From an uncultured Planctomycetaceae bacterium (lineage in GTDB: Bacteria; Planctomycetota; Planctomycetia; Planctomycetales; Planctomycetaceae), in contig CAWFGE010000010.1 of assembly GCA_963815195.1 (NCBI GenBank), positions 1-64,000 of the forward strand: a DNA stretch of 64,000 nt, in the 5' to 3' direction. The translations under genes and the position numbers were made by a program. Shown here in pieces: positions 31,055 through 41,254 of the stretch (positions are counted from its first letter, which is position 1; every line of letters begins with the position of its first letter). Under the pieces are notes generated by a model. The model ran no database searches and was not told where the DNA came from. It was given only the letters and a program-made list of their open reading frames with translations.

Positions 31055-31260
31055 ATGGAATCTGATCTTCGTCGATGGATTGCACGTTCGCGAGCAAGTC
31101 ATCAAGGACGCGCAGAACGCCATCCTCCACCTGTCATCCGGCGGCCTGGTCGTGCTGGACGACTGCTGGCGCGAAGAACAGCAGATCGTGGAGACTCCGG
31201 CCGGCCGATCCTCTCGCCGCCGACCGGGGACCGGAGATGTGTGGGAAAGCCGTCGTGGCG
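31055..31260 (+). pseudogene. Remnant of a class I SAM-dependent methyltransferase (Methyltransf_24-like)
   Basis: LIFVDGLHVREQVIKDAQNAILHLSSGGLVVLDDC; boundaries approximate. Confidence 0.65.
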
Positions 31261-31407
31261 GCCCAACGTCACCTGGGAGGTTTACCAGCAGGACACCAAG
31301 CGACTGTTCGATCGGTGGGGCCTCTTGGGGTTCCTGCCCCCACCGAGATAACGCCAGCGCCGTGACCCGCCCCGTCTCCCGTTTTTTCCATGTTCGCGGG
31401 CGGCGGG

Positions 31408-31434
31408 GTTTCCATTGGCGTCAATGGAAACTCC
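31408..31434. repeat. Palindromic element GTTTCCATTG-GCGT-CAATGGAAAC-TCC (copy 2)
   Basis: Perfect 10-bp arms; matches 27071-27096. Confidence 0.8.
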
Positions 31435-31628
31435 TCGCCTCTCGGTCCGACGGCGTTACCGCCAAGCCTCCTCGCAGCCGGCGGCGATTCTGACTAAATA
31501 GGGTCTCGCCAATCGCCCGCTCGCCGCCAAAAAGGTATCTCCGAGGGTATCTTTCGGCCAGGAAAACGAGCAAAGGGTTCTGCCGAATATCAGCGTAATC
31601 CTTTTGAGCATATTGGTTTGCGGAAAAG

Positions 31629-31702
31629 TGGTCCCTACAGGGCTCGAACCTGTGACCTCTTCCGTGTGAAGGAAGCGCGCTAGCCAACTGCGCCAAGGGA
31701 CC
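31629..31702 (-). tRNA. tRNA-Val (anticodon CAC), CCA tail not encoded
   Basis: GGTCCCT/AGGGACC acceptor stem, anticodon arm CTTCC-TTCACAC-GGAAG, T-loop GGTTCGAGCC. Confidence 0.97.
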
Positions 31703-31719
31703 TTTGGTCTTCAGAGTGA

Positions 31720-31748
31720 GTTTTATCCTATTGGTTGTGGGTTAGCAA
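31720..31748 (-). promoter_or_regulatory. Putative sigma70 promoter of tRNA-Val
   Basis: TTGCTA-17 nt-TAAAAC immediately upstream. Confidence 0.45.
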
Positions 31749-32154
31749 GCCGCAACCGAAGTGGCGAAGTGCGGGACGGGGTTTGTTTGGGTTTGGTGAA
31801 TTGGACCTTGTCAAGATTGGAAATCGTCGGCTTTTTCGTCAAGCTGGACGGGGCGCGGGAGTTTGGGGGGTGTAGGCTCGACGGCCAGCGCCGGATTTGT
31901 TAACAATCAAATCTCAGATTATTCCCCACTCGTATGCGGCACGCAGGTTGAAATGTCGAAACGGACGGACCAACTCGCGAGGGTTCCCCTCGCAGAACGC
32001 CGCGCGGTCGAACGATGTCTCTCGAGGCGGCGCGGGTCGGGCCGAGATGGCCCGCGAGATGCGGGAATTGGTTTATGGGGAGCAGGCCTATCCGCGTAAG
32101 CCGCACGATTTCGAATTAAAAAGCCAGGCAATAATTGGTAAAGCAGGTCAATCA

Positions 32155-34491
32155 ATGAAACGAAAACAATGGAACGGTTGGGGACTCGTCATCCTCTCGG
32201 CGGCAACATTCGCGAGCGCACAAGAACCCAACTCGCCGAACTATGGGTTTGGGCCTTTGGAGATCTTCAAGCTCGAAAAACGCTCGGAAAGCATGGTGGC
32301 GGGGGATTTCAATCACGACGGCCGGCGGGATGTGCTGCTGATCGACAACAGTCACAGCCGATTGGATCTGCTGCTTCAGCGGGCGGAAAAACCCGACAAG
32401 GACGATCCCATTGATTCGACCGATGTGAATGCCATCAAATACGATTGGCGGTTCGAGTATAAACAAGTTCCGGTGGATAAAGAGGTCTCGTCGGTCGCGG
32501 CGGGGGATTTTAATCACGATGGCAAAGACGACATCGCCTACTTCGGCGTGCCGGATCGTTTAATCGTGCGGACCCAAGGCGAAGGAACCGACTGGCCGGA
32601 GCTGCTCAACATCCGGCTCGCCGATGTGCCCAAATCGCCTTGGCTGATCGCGGCCGGGGATTTGAACCACGACGGCCGCGATGACCTAGTCGTTTTGGGG
32701 AAGACCGAAACCTATCTGATCTATCAGGAGGACGACGGCACGCTAGGCACGCCGAGCACGTTAATGAATACCTCCGACAAGCTCGCCCTCGCCCAGATCG
32801 CCGACCTCGACGGGGACGGTCTCAACGATCTGTGCTACACGGCCGACGACGACGGCAACCGGGCGCTGTGCATGCGGATTCAAACTCCCGACGGCCGGTT
32901 GGGGCCGGAGTGGGTCTTCGATTTGAACCGCCCGCGGTCGGTGACCTTGGGCGAGTTCGACGGCAAGCCCGGCAAAGAGATTTTCGTCGTCGATTCCCGC
33001 ACCAACCGCGTGAACGTGTTGAAGCTCGAACGCCCGGACGCCCAGAGCGAGGAACCGTTCTCTCGGCTGATTCAATACGGCTTCGGCGAGTCCGGGGCTG
33101 GCCGAGACCGCGAAATGGCGACCGGAGACATCGACGGCGACGGCCTGTTGGATGTCGTCGTCACCGATCCCTCCGCAGCGCAGCTTCTCGTGTTCCGGCA
33201 GCACAAGCGGCAAGGGTTGGACTCCGGCACGACTTACCCCGCCCTCGTGGGTGCCACGCAGGTGAGGATCGCCCAATTCGGGAAAGGCCCTGCGAGCGTG
33301 ATCGTCCTCAGCCCGCGCGAAAAGACAATGGGCGTCTCCAAGTTTGAAGACGGCCGGCTCACCTTTCCCACCTCGATGCCGCTGCCGATCGAACCCTTGG
33401 CGTTTGAAGTCACCGATCTCGACGGCGACAACACTCCCGAAGTCCTGTACCTCGGTGAAGCCCGCGACAAAGACCGCAGCGACGAGTATCAACTGGCCGC
33501 TCTGAAATGGACCGCGAAAGGCTGGGAAGATTTCGGCCTCGGCAAAGACAAAACGATCAAGATGGATTTGAACAGCGAACCCGAACGCCTCAAACGGCTC
33601 GATGCCAACCAGGACGGCCGGCCCGATTTTCTGGTGTTCTACGGCGGCGGCCGCACGCCGACGTTATTGCTGACCGACAAAGCCGGCGTTCCAGAGCGGA
33701 CCGAAACGCCGGGCGGGATTCAGTTGGGCGATGTGTCCCGCGAATCGGTGTTCATTAAACCCTCTGCGAAAGACAAATCCTCCGAGATCCCACAAGGGCG
33801 CTGCCTCGTCGCGCACGATACCTTCGCCCGCGAACTCGTTTTGGATAAGACCCACCAATGGCAGGTACTCGATCAATACAACGCCTCCGAAGCGAGCGCC
33901 CGCATCGCAGGCGTGGCCGCGGTGAACCTCGACGGCGAAGCGGGCGATGAAGTCGTGCTCGTGGACACCGGCATCAAAAAGCTCCGTGTGCTCCGCCGGC
34001 AGGATTCGCTCTATCGGCGGTGGAAGGAAATCGACCTGGGCGTGTTCCCCTTCGTCTCGACGCACGTCGACGACCTCAACGGCGATAAACAAGACGACCT
34101 CGTGATTTTCGGTCGCAGCAAGTTCGGCGTCGTTTACACGGGCCAGTCCAACTCGCAACTCAAGCGGATCGCGAGCTACGAAACCAAGCTCGAGAACGTC
34201 TATTTCGCCGACGTCGCCGTGGGCGACTTGAACGGCGACGGCAAGTCCGACCTCGCCGTGATCGACACCCGCGAGCACTACGTGGAGATTCTCCAGCACG
34301 ATGAAGAAGCCGGCCTCAAACACGCGTTGCATTTCAAGGTGTTCGAGGAAAAGAGCTTCACCCGCACCGGCGCCCCCGGCAACGAGCCTCGCGAAACGCT
34401 GATCGTCGACGTCACAGGCGACCACCGCGCGGACCTGGTCCTCTTAACCCACGACCGCGTCCTCTTATATCCGCAGGATGATGGAAAGTGA
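32155..34491 (+). CDS. Secreted FG-GAP/VCBS-repeat protein
   Basis: Signal peptide; many GDFNHDGRxD / DLDGDG Ca-binding repeats. Confidence 0.9.
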   Translation: MKRKQWNGWGLVILSAATFASAQEPNSPNYGFGPLEIFKLEKRSESMVAGDFNHDGRRDVLLIDNSHSRLDLLLQRAEKPDKDDPIDSTDVNAIKYDWRFEYKQVPVDKEVSSVAAGDFNHDGKDDIAYFGVPDRLIVRTQGEGTDWPELLNIRLADVPKSPWLIAAGDLNHDGRDDLVVLGKTETYLIYQEDDGTLGTPSTLMNTSDKLALAQIADLDGDGLNDLCYTADDDGNRALCMRIQTPDGRLGPEWVFDLNRPRSVTLGEFDGKPGKEIFVVDSRTNRVNVLKLERPDAQSEEPFSRLIQYGFGESGAGRDREMATGDIDGDGLLDVVVTDPSAAQLLVFRQHKRQGLDSGTTYPALVGATQVRIAQFGKGPASVIVLSPREKTMGVSKFEDGRLTFPTSMPLPIEPLAFEVTDLDGDNTPEVLYLGEARDKDRSDEYQLAALKWTAKGWEDFGLGKDKTIKMDLNSEPERLKRLDANQDGRPDFLVFYGGGRTPTLLLTDKAGVPERTETPGGIQLGDVSRESVFIKPSAKDKSSEIPQGRCLVAHDTFARELVLDKTHQWQVLDQYNASEASARIAGVAAVNLDGEAGDEVVLVDTGIKKLRVLRRQDSLYRRWKEIDLGVFPFVSTHVDDLNGDKQDDLVIFGRSKFGVVYTGQSNSQLKRIASYETKLENVYFADVAVGDLNGDGKSDLAVIDTREHYVEILQHDEEAGLKHALHFKVFEEKSFTRTGAPGNEPRETLIVDVTGDHRADLVLLTHDRVLLYPQDDGK

Positions 34492-34612
34492 TTTTCAACT
34501 GGTGAGCGGACCAACCTTCGGTCGGTGCCCGCGTCAGCCCCATGATCGTTTTGAAGGTCGTAAACGTTTCATTTGTTGGGCGTGACCAGCCAGCGTACGC
34601 TGGCCGCTCGCC

Positions 34613-35095
34613 TTACGCGGGGAACTGATTGGGGCTGAGCATCCATTCGAGGACCCCTTGGGCTTCGGCGACGGGGCCGTCGAAGCGGACACTGGCGATC
34701 GTGGCCGGTTGGAACCTGAGCCTTCCTCCCGCGACCAATGCGGCGGTGCACCAGCTCATGCGGGGTTCGTGGCCGACGACGGCGACTGTCTCCGCCTTCG
34801 TCGAGCGGAGTTCCTTGAGCAGTTCCTCGAGCGGCATTCCCGATCCGATCCAATGCCGGGCGTCTCCATCCGACAAATGCTGCCCGCTGGCCTCGGCAAA
34901 CAAAGCGGCCGTCTGCCGGGCGCGGACGAGCGGACTATAGAAAATGCGGTCCGGCACGATGCCCCGCTCCACGAGCCACATGGCCATCTTCGAAAACACC
35001 CGCCGGCCCCGATCGGTCAGCGGCCGCTCAAAGTCCCCGCCGGGCACGCTCCCCGGTTCGGCGGCGAAACTATGCCGGATCATCAAGACTTGCAT
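34613..35095 (-). CDS. sixA: Phosphohistidine phosphatase SixA family
   Basis: MIRH...ERPLTDRG...SPLVRARQTA...VVGHEP. Confidence 0.88.
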   Translation of the reverse strand: MQVLMIRHSFAAEPGSVPGGDFERPLTDRGRRVFSKMAMWLVERGIVPDRIFYSPLVRARQTAALFAEASGQHLSDGDARHWIGSGMPLEELLKELRSTKAETVAVVGHEPRMSWCTAALVAGGRLRFQPATIASVRFDGPVAEAQGVLEWMLSPNQFPA

Positions 35096-35136
35096 GGGAC
35101 CTGCCCACTAAACTGCGATACGGAAATCAACCGCGA

Positions 35137-35306
35137 AAATCGGAAATCCGAATCTCGAAATCCGAAACAAATTCCAATGCTCAAAATCCCAAGCCCCAAA
35201 CTGCGAATAGGCGGTCTCTTCCGAAATGGAAAGTCGATTTGTTTTGGACATTCGGATTTGGGATTTTGAATTTGTTTCGGATTTCGGATTTCGTGCTTCG
35301 AATCTC
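35137..35306. repeat. Intergenic inverted repeat built from AAATCCG/AAATCYC heptamer-like units
   Basis: Left arm AAATCCGAATCTCGAAATCCGAAACAAATTC mirrors right arm GAATTTGTTTCGGATTTCGGATTTCG. Confidence 0.75.
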
Positions 35307-35332
35307 CGTCCAAACACCACGCAGTATTGACA

Positions 35333-36772
35333 TTAAACCAATATGTTTCTGACGACCTCGCCGTGCACGTCGGTCAGGCGGAAGCGGCGGCCTTGGAATT
35401 TGTAGGTCAGTTTTTCGTGGTCGATGCCCAACAGGTGGAGCATCGTGGCATGCAGGTCGTGGACGTGCACGGGATTCTCGGTGATGTTGTAGCTGAAATC
35501 GTCCGTTTCGCCAAACGTCATGCCCGGGCGAACGCCGCCGCCGGCCATCCACATCGAAAAACACCGCGGGTGATGATCGCGGCCGTAGTCGTCGGGCGTC
35601 AGTCGGCCCTGGCAATACACGGTGCGGCCGAACTCTCCGCCCCAGACGACGAGCGTGTCTTTGAGCAAGCCCCGCTGCTTGAGATCCCGCACGAGCGCCG
35701 CCGACGCCTGGTCGGTGTCCCGGCATTGTTTTTCGATGCCCTTGGGGAGTTCCGTGTGCTGGTCCCAGCCGCGGTGAAAGAGTTGCACGAACCGCACGTC
35801 CCGCTCGGCGAGTCGGCGGGCGAGCAGGCAGTTCGCCGCGAACGTGCCGGGCTTCTTGGCGTCGGGGCCGTAGAGGTCGAAGATGTGCTCCGGTTCGTTG
35901 GAAATGTCAGTGAGTTCGGGCACCGAAGTTTGCATCTGGTAGGCCATCTCGTATTGGGAAATCCGCGTGGCGATTTCCGGATCGCCCCATTCCCGGAGCT
36001 TCAAGTGATTGAGCCGGGCGAGGTCGTCGAGCATCCGCCGGCGGGTGGATCGATCGATGCCTTTGGGATTGGAGAGAAACAGCACGGGATCGCCGATCGA
36101 GCGGAACTTCACGCCCTGGTATTTCGTCGGCAGAAATCCGCTGCCCCAAAGCCGGTCGTAAAGCGGCTGCCCGCCGCTGCCGGAGACGAGCGCGACGAAC
36201 GCGGGCAGGTTGGCGTTTTCGCTCCCGAGGCCGTAGGACAGCCAGGCCCCGATGCTCGGCCGGCCCGCGAGTTGGGCCCCGGTTTGAAAGAACGTAATCG
36301 CCGGGTCGTGGTTGATGGCTTCGGTGTGGAGCGAACGCAGGACGCAGAGTTCATCGGCCAGCTTCGCGGTGTGAGGCAAGAGTTCGCTGATCCAGGTCCC
36401 GCTTTCGCCCCGGCGTTCAAAGCGGTACTTGCTGGCGGCGACGGGGAAACTTTCCTGCGTGGCCGTCATGCCCGTCAGCCGCTGTCCGCGGCGAATAGAA
36501 TCGGGCAATTCGCTGCCCTGGAGCTTTTTCAAATTCGGTTTGTGATCGAACAAATCCAACTGCGACGGCGCGCCCGATTGAAACAGATAGATCACCCGCT
36601 TCGCCCGCGGCGAAAAATTCGGAAACGCGGCGGCAGCACCATTCGGTGTCTCGGCCGCCGGAAGATTCTCATTTCCCAAAAGCGAAGTAAGCGCCAAGCT
36701 TCCCAAGCCCAGGCCCGATCGCTTGAGGAAAGAACGGCGATGGAAGTCGGCCACGATCTGCTGTTCGGTCAT
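35333..36772 (-). CDS. DUF1501 domain protein (Tat-like leader)
   Basis: RRSFLK leader; [46 protein letters not shown]. Confidence 0.93.
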   Translation of the reverse strand: MTEQQIVADFHRRSFLKRSGLGLGSLALTSLLGNENLPAAETPNGAAAAFPNFSPRAKRVIYLFQSGAPSQLDLFDHKPNLKKLQGSELPDSIRRGQRLTGMTATQESFPVAASKYRFERRGESGTWISELLPHTAKLADELCVLRSLHTEAINHDPAITFFQTGAQLAGRPSIGAWLSYGLGSENANLPAFVALVSGSGGQPLYDRLWGSGFLPTKYQGVKFRSIGDPVLFLSNPKGIDRSTRRRMLDDLARLNHLKLREWGDPEIATRISQYEMAYQMQTSVPELTDISNEPEHIFDLYGPDAKKPGTFAANCLLARRLAERDVRFVQLFHRGWDQHTELPKGIEKQCRDTDQASAALVRDLKQRGLLKDTLVVWGGEFGRTVYCQGRLTPDDYGRDHHPRCFSMWMAGGGVRPGMTFGETDDFSYNITENPVHVHDLHATMLHLLGIDHEKLTYKFQGRRFRLTDVHGEVVRNILV

Positions 36773-36892
36773 TCGATTTGTCCTCGGTCCATTCCAGCAA
36801 CGCAAATCGCTCCGGCACGGAACAGGTGCGCTGCGGATTGACCTAATATAACAGCAGAACAGGTCGGTTGACAGGTTCGGATCGATCGAGAC

Positions 36893-37089
36893 AGCCCCGA
36901 GGCGGCGATAGCAGAAGGTGATCCAAAAGAGACGGCACAGCCGCGAAGCGGCGACAGCAATGGATTCTGGGGAAACATTATGCCACTCGCGAAGAATCGC
37001 TGTCGCCGCTTCGCGGCTCATTGGGTTTGGGTGCGATTCGGATCTGCAGGCTGACGCCTGCAGCGATCTGCTGCCGCCGCTTCGCGGCT
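36893..37089. repeat. Nested REP-like inverted repeats (AGCCGCGAAGCGGCGACAGC family)
   Basis: Forward copies at 36893 and 36939, reverse copies at 36999 and 37071. Confidence 0.75.
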
Positions 37090-37179
37090 TCCTCTCTTGT
37101 TGGCCAACATTGTCCCGGCCACTCAGGCCAACGCAACACGCTACGAAACCAGGAGGCTTACGCCTCCCGCTCGCCGAAG

Positions 37180-39891
37180 CTACTTGTCCCAATCTTTGCC
37201 GACGGTCCAGCGGTAGTTGAGAACCCGGCGGCCGTTGGTCTGCTCGGCGCGGAGCCAGACTTCGTGGCCTTTGAGGGCGTCGGCGTTGGGGGCGAAATAC
37301 AGCTTCACGCTTTTGCCTTCGCCAAGCTTGGTGATGAGCGTCTTCTGCCGACGGGCTCCGGGAATGAACAGGCTGCATTCAAAGTTCAACATCTCCGTCG
37401 GCGAGGTTTTGTTGACGAGCGTCTGCTCGATCTCCAACAGGCCGTTTTCCAGCTTGCGATCGACGACCGTCAGCTCGACATCGCCTAAGCCAATCTCCAG
37501 CGGGCGGATGACGCGGAGGCGGTATTTTCGATCGGCGTCGATCTCCACGTCGATTGCCATCTGCTCGGTGCCCAGGGTCGCATTGGGCGGGAGCGTGAGT
37601 TGCACGGGCAGGCGGTAGGCTTCGTTCACGCCGGCCTGCAGCGCAAACGTCCTCGGCTCGACTTCCCACTCGGAGGGCACGTTCAACGTGACCTTGCCGC
37701 TCACGCCTTGGGCAAACGTGTTCCGGCCGAGAATGTTCTCCCGGTGCACGCCGGTGGCGCTCGCGAGCCGGCCGGTTTCAAACTGCATGGCCAGCCGCCA
37801 GCGGGCGATCGGCCCGGAGCAGCCGCGGACGACCAAAGGCATCGGCCCGACTTTCAATTCCTGCTGCCCCGTGTCGGGATTGACCGCGAGGTGTGTTTGC
37901 TCGCCCCACAGGTTGATCGCGGTGACTTCGGTTTCCGTCCCGAGGTAGATCGTCTCGGTCACCGGCTGATCGTTCCACACGAACATCACCACGTCCTTGC
38001 GGCCGTCGCGTTGAAACAGGAAGTTCCGGCTGCCGCCCGGCAATTGGAACGAGCCAAGATAACTCGCCCCCTGGAGCGCGAGCGCCGTCGTCCGCCACGG
38101 CAAGAACAACAGCGTCGGCGAGCCGTCGGGATTTAAGAGGCCGTGCTCCTTGTCGAGCACATCCTGAGCGAAGATGGCATCGGCCCGGTTCATCTTGGCC
38201 GCGACCATTCGCTTGACGAGATCCGCTCCGCGTTCTTCCGCGGTGTGTTTCGATTTGGCCAGCGGCTTGAGCAGCACCCACCGCGAAAATGCGGTCGCCG
38301 GCTGCCCGCCTTGAAACTCGATGCGGGAGTCCGGCGATTGGCCGAGCGATAAGAACGTCCGCGAAAGCCCTTTGTCATCCGGCAGCGGCGTGCCGGCGTC
38401 CCAAAAGACGCCGATCCGCGTATCCCGCCCGATGCGGTCGAACTGCCGCTTGATGGAACCCAGCGTCTCCGGCAGGTCCTGCATCCCCACGAAGCTGCCG
38501 TCCCGGTCGTCGCCCAATTGCCAATACTGCACCGTCGAGGAATACTTCGCGAGTACCGGATCGAGCGACGGCGACCAGAAGCCGGGCGATTGATTGAAGA
38601 TCTCGCTGATGCCGGTCCAGTTCGGAGCGAACTTGCGGCGAAGTTCAGGCGGCGGATCGTTGAGCAATCCCACCGGCTGGATCCGCCTGAGCGTGAGGAG
38701 TTCGAAGAACTGCGACAAGGCCCCCGAGCGGTCACTGTTGCCGGAATACACCGAACTCCACACGGGATGCTTGAGCCAGTTGATGCCGCCCTGAAGCGCG
38801 ACGTCGACCAAATCTTTCAATGCCAGATCGCCGGTGCCGTGAGGAAACGACCAGCCGAATTCCCCGTCGAGGCGATGATCGACCAGATCCAAAACGGCGA
38901 ACGTGGCCTGCTTCTGAAAGATCATCACGTCGTCGCGCCACAGCGAAGCCTGCACGCGGTAGATTCCATAATCTTGCGGCGCCAGATCCCAGGACACGGT
39001 CCGCGGCTTGGGCGGGCCGGCGGTTTGCGACGCCCGCTCTTCCCCATAAACCGGGAGTTCGACGCTCCGCTCGTCCCGCACCCGGCCCCGGCTGTCGATC
39101 ATCGTCAAATCCAACCGGTACGCCGGCTGGACCGGCACCGCCGCCGGCAGCGACAGCCCCAGCGGAGGACACGCCGGAAACAGCACCGGCGGCAAGGCAT
39201 CCAATCCGCTCAGGCGGGTTTCGATTTTCACGGGCGAGCCGGGTTCGACAAATTGCGTGCGAAAGTTACTGACCAGTTCCAACTGCGGCAGCCGGCCCAT
39301 CCACAAGTCGTCGAACCACGCCTCGCCTTCGATGTCCGCGGAGGCCCCGTTGACGAGATGGCAGCCCACCACGACGAACCGCACGTCGGAACGAGGCGTA
39401 AGCGGGCCGATCCGCACTTGCTGCCAATCGCCAAACGTCCCGCTCACCGGGCGGGTGAGGAAGCGTTGAATCCGCTGGCGTTTGTGGTTCAAAAACGACA
39501 GCGAAATCACCGCGGCGTCGTTTTTTAGCTTTCGCGTCTTGATGAACGCTTGGAAAACGTACGCGTGCAAGGGATCGATCCGCCACACGGGCGAATAGAG
39601 AATCGCCGGCCCGCCGTTCGCTTGAAAACTGAGGCTCTGCCCGCCGTGCTTGCCTTGGGCGCGGTCGATCTCCACCGGGATGTAATGCGGGAAATCGCGG
39701 CCGATCCGCCGGGTCCAATCGTCCGGCTGCCGGTCGTAATCCAAGTCCTGATTGTTCTCAAACGAGAACCGAAACACCTCGATGGCTCCGGTGAAGGGGT
39801 CATCCAGCTCCGCCGCCGCCGCCGGATTCCCCCAGGCGATCTGGTACAGGGCCCAGGCAGCCACTAAGATGACGTAACGCGATAAGGGCAT
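37180..39891 (-). CDS. Large secreted protein with N-terminal carbohydrate-binding-like domain (conserved-looking hypothetical)
   Basis: 903-aa ORF, signal peptide, PDDW...AWFDD CBM-like segment; RBS-like sequence upstream is weak. Confidence 0.8.
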   Translation of the reverse strand: MPLSRYVILVAAWALYQIAWGNPAAAAELDDPFTGAIEVFRFSFENNQDLDYDRQPDDWTRRIGRDFPHYIPVEIDRAQGKHGGQSLSFQANGGPAILYSPVWRIDPLHAYVFQAFIKTRKLKNDAAVISLSFLNHKRQRIQRFLTRPVSGTFGDWQQVRIGPLTPRSDVRFVVVGCHLVNGASADIEGEAWFDDLWMGRLPQLELVSNFRTQFVEPGSPVKIETRLSGLDALPPVLFPACPPLGLSLPAAVPVQPAYRLDLTMIDSRGRVRDERSVELPVYGEERASQTAGPPKPRTVSWDLAPQDYGIYRVQASLWRDDVMIFQKQATFAVLDLVDHRLDGEFGWSFPHGTGDLALKDLVDVALQGGINWLKHPVWSSVYSGNSDRSGALSQFFELLTLRRIQPVGLLNDPPPELRRKFAPNWTGISEIFNQSPGFWSPSLDPVLAKYSSTVQYWQLGDDRDGSFVGMQDLPETLGSIKRQFDRIGRDTRIGVFWDAGTPLPDDKGLSRTFLSLGQSPDSRIEFQGGQPATAFSRWVLLKPLAKSKHTAEERGADLVKRMVAAKMNRADAIFAQDVLDKEHGLLNPDGSPTLLFLPWRTTALALQGASYLGSFQLPGGSRNFLFQRDGRKDVVMFVWNDQPVTETIYLGTETEVTAINLWGEQTHLAVNPDTGQQELKVGPMPLVVRGCSGPIARWRLAMQFETGRLASATGVHRENILGRNTFAQGVSGKVTLNVPSEWEVEPRTFALQAGVNEAYRLPVQLTLPPNATLGTEQMAIDVEIDADRKYRLRVIRPLEIGLGDVELTVVDRKLENGLLEIEQTLVNKTSPTEMLNFECSLFIPGARRQKTLITKLGEGKSVKLYFAPNADALKGHEVWLRAEQTNGRRVLNYRWTVGKDWDK

Positions 39892-40147
39892 GAAGGAGTC
39901 TTCGGTGTTCGAGAAAAACCGTTCGAACGATCAACCGGAACGCGATAGCGACCGGTGGGTTTGAGGGAACCGGGGGCGGACCGCCCTGCGGCTAATAAAT
40001 CGCAGGCGATTCAGTACAAATCGGACAATCGATTTCCCCAAATGCAGCCAATCGCCGACCGCAGCGGTTCTGCGGATTCGACCGATTGAACCGCGGATTT
40101 GCGAACGTCAGTCGTTCAAAACGTTTGGAGAATGATTGGGTGACTTG

Positions 40148-40218
40148 AGAGCCGCGCACGAAGTAAGCGGTTTGGTGACTTCAGCGATCGCAAGACCGCT
40201 TACTTCGTGCGCGGCTCT
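40148..40218. repeat. REP-like palindrome AGAGCCGCGCACGAAGTAAGCGG ... CCGCTTACTTCGTGCGCGGCTCT
   Basis: Perfect arms of 23 bp or more; same family at 54022-54143. Confidence 0.9.
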
Positions 40219-40275
40219 TTTAACGACTGAGTGGAATTCAGATTTTCAGAACATTTTTGAGGTTCATTTTGCGAT

Positions 40276-41064
40276 ATGTTTCCGCTTCGAATGGCAGTGG
40301 CAACCCGCGCGCTTCAGGAACCGCTCAAACGGGCCGTGCAGACGGCGGCGGAAATGGGCGCCCAGGGCGTGCAGTTTGATGTGCGCAACGAAGTCCGGCC
40401 CGGCGAACTGACCGAAACCGGCCGCCGGCAGTTGCTGCACTATCTGGACGAACTGAACCTCAGCGTGGCCTCGGCGGTGTTTCCCACCCGGCGGGCGTTT
40501 TACGATCAGGAGGAACTCGAAGCCCGCATCGCCGGAGCCCGGCAGGCGATGGAATTCGCATTTCAACTCAAATCGAACGTGCTCACGCTGCGCATCGGCC
40601 GCATCCCGGAAGATGCGGACTCTGCCGAATACGAAATCCTCCGCAACGTGCTCAATGACCTGGCTCGGCACGGAAACCGCGTGGGCGTGACGCTGGCTGT
40701 CACCCCGACCCGCGACGAGCCCGCTCGCTTGCTAGAATTCTTAAAGCAAATCACCCAAGGCCCCGTGGGCATGAATTACGACCCCGCCAACTTTGTAATG
40801 GCGGGTTATCATCCCGCCCGGGCCCTCGAAACGCTCGCGGATTACCTTGTGCACATCCTCGTGCGCGACGGCGTTCGCGACATCGACGGCGGCGGATTGG
40901 AAGTCCCCGTGGGCCGGGGGGAAGTCGAGTGGGAAGAAGTCCTCGCCCTGTTGGACGAGGCCGGCTACCAGAACTGGCTGACTCTCGACCGCACGCAAGG
41001 CGACGACCACGCCGGCGACATCCGCCGCGCGATGCAATACCTCCGCAACGTCGCGGTCGGGTAA
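40276..41064 (+). CDS. Sugar phosphate isomerase/epimerase (xylose isomerase-like TIM barrel)
   Basis: AAEMGAQGVQF...NYDPANF...VPVGRGEVEW..VL..L...GY. Confidence 0.88.
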   Translation: MFPLRMAVATRALQEPLKRAVQTAAEMGAQGVQFDVRNEVRPGELTETGRRQLLHYLDELNLSVASAVFPTRRAFYDQEELEARIAGARQAMEFAFQLKSNVLTLRIGRIPEDADSAEYEILRNVLNDLARHGNRVGVTLAVTPTRDEPARLLEFLKQITQGPVGMNYDPANFVMAGYHPARALETLADYLVHILVRDGVRDIDGGGLEVPVGRGEVEWEEVLALLDEAGYQNWLTLDRTQGDDHAGDIRRAMQYLRNVAVG

Positions 41065-41254
41065 ACGGTCCGCGCGAAAGTCGTCAAAACTCGGGTTCAA
41101 AAAACACCGATTATATCGAATCTGCCAGCCAGGCCGGTGTGAATCTGTAAATTCCCCTTGAACTCTTGCTGTTTCTCTTTGCGATTGCTTCCGGATGCGC
41201 CTACTGTCGGACTTAGGCGTATTCTGTGGGATATTTCCAACGTGGAGAGAATTC

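Noticed and set aside
31055..31260. Cognate DNA methyltransferase for the Mrr-like nuclease
   Set aside because: The fragment resembles small-molecule Methyltransf_24 enzymes, lacks DNA MTase motifs and is degraded
36773..37378. 200-aa N-terminal extension of the DUF1501 ORF
   Set aside because: It runs through REP palindromes and the neighbouring gene; the Tat-like leader starts at 36772
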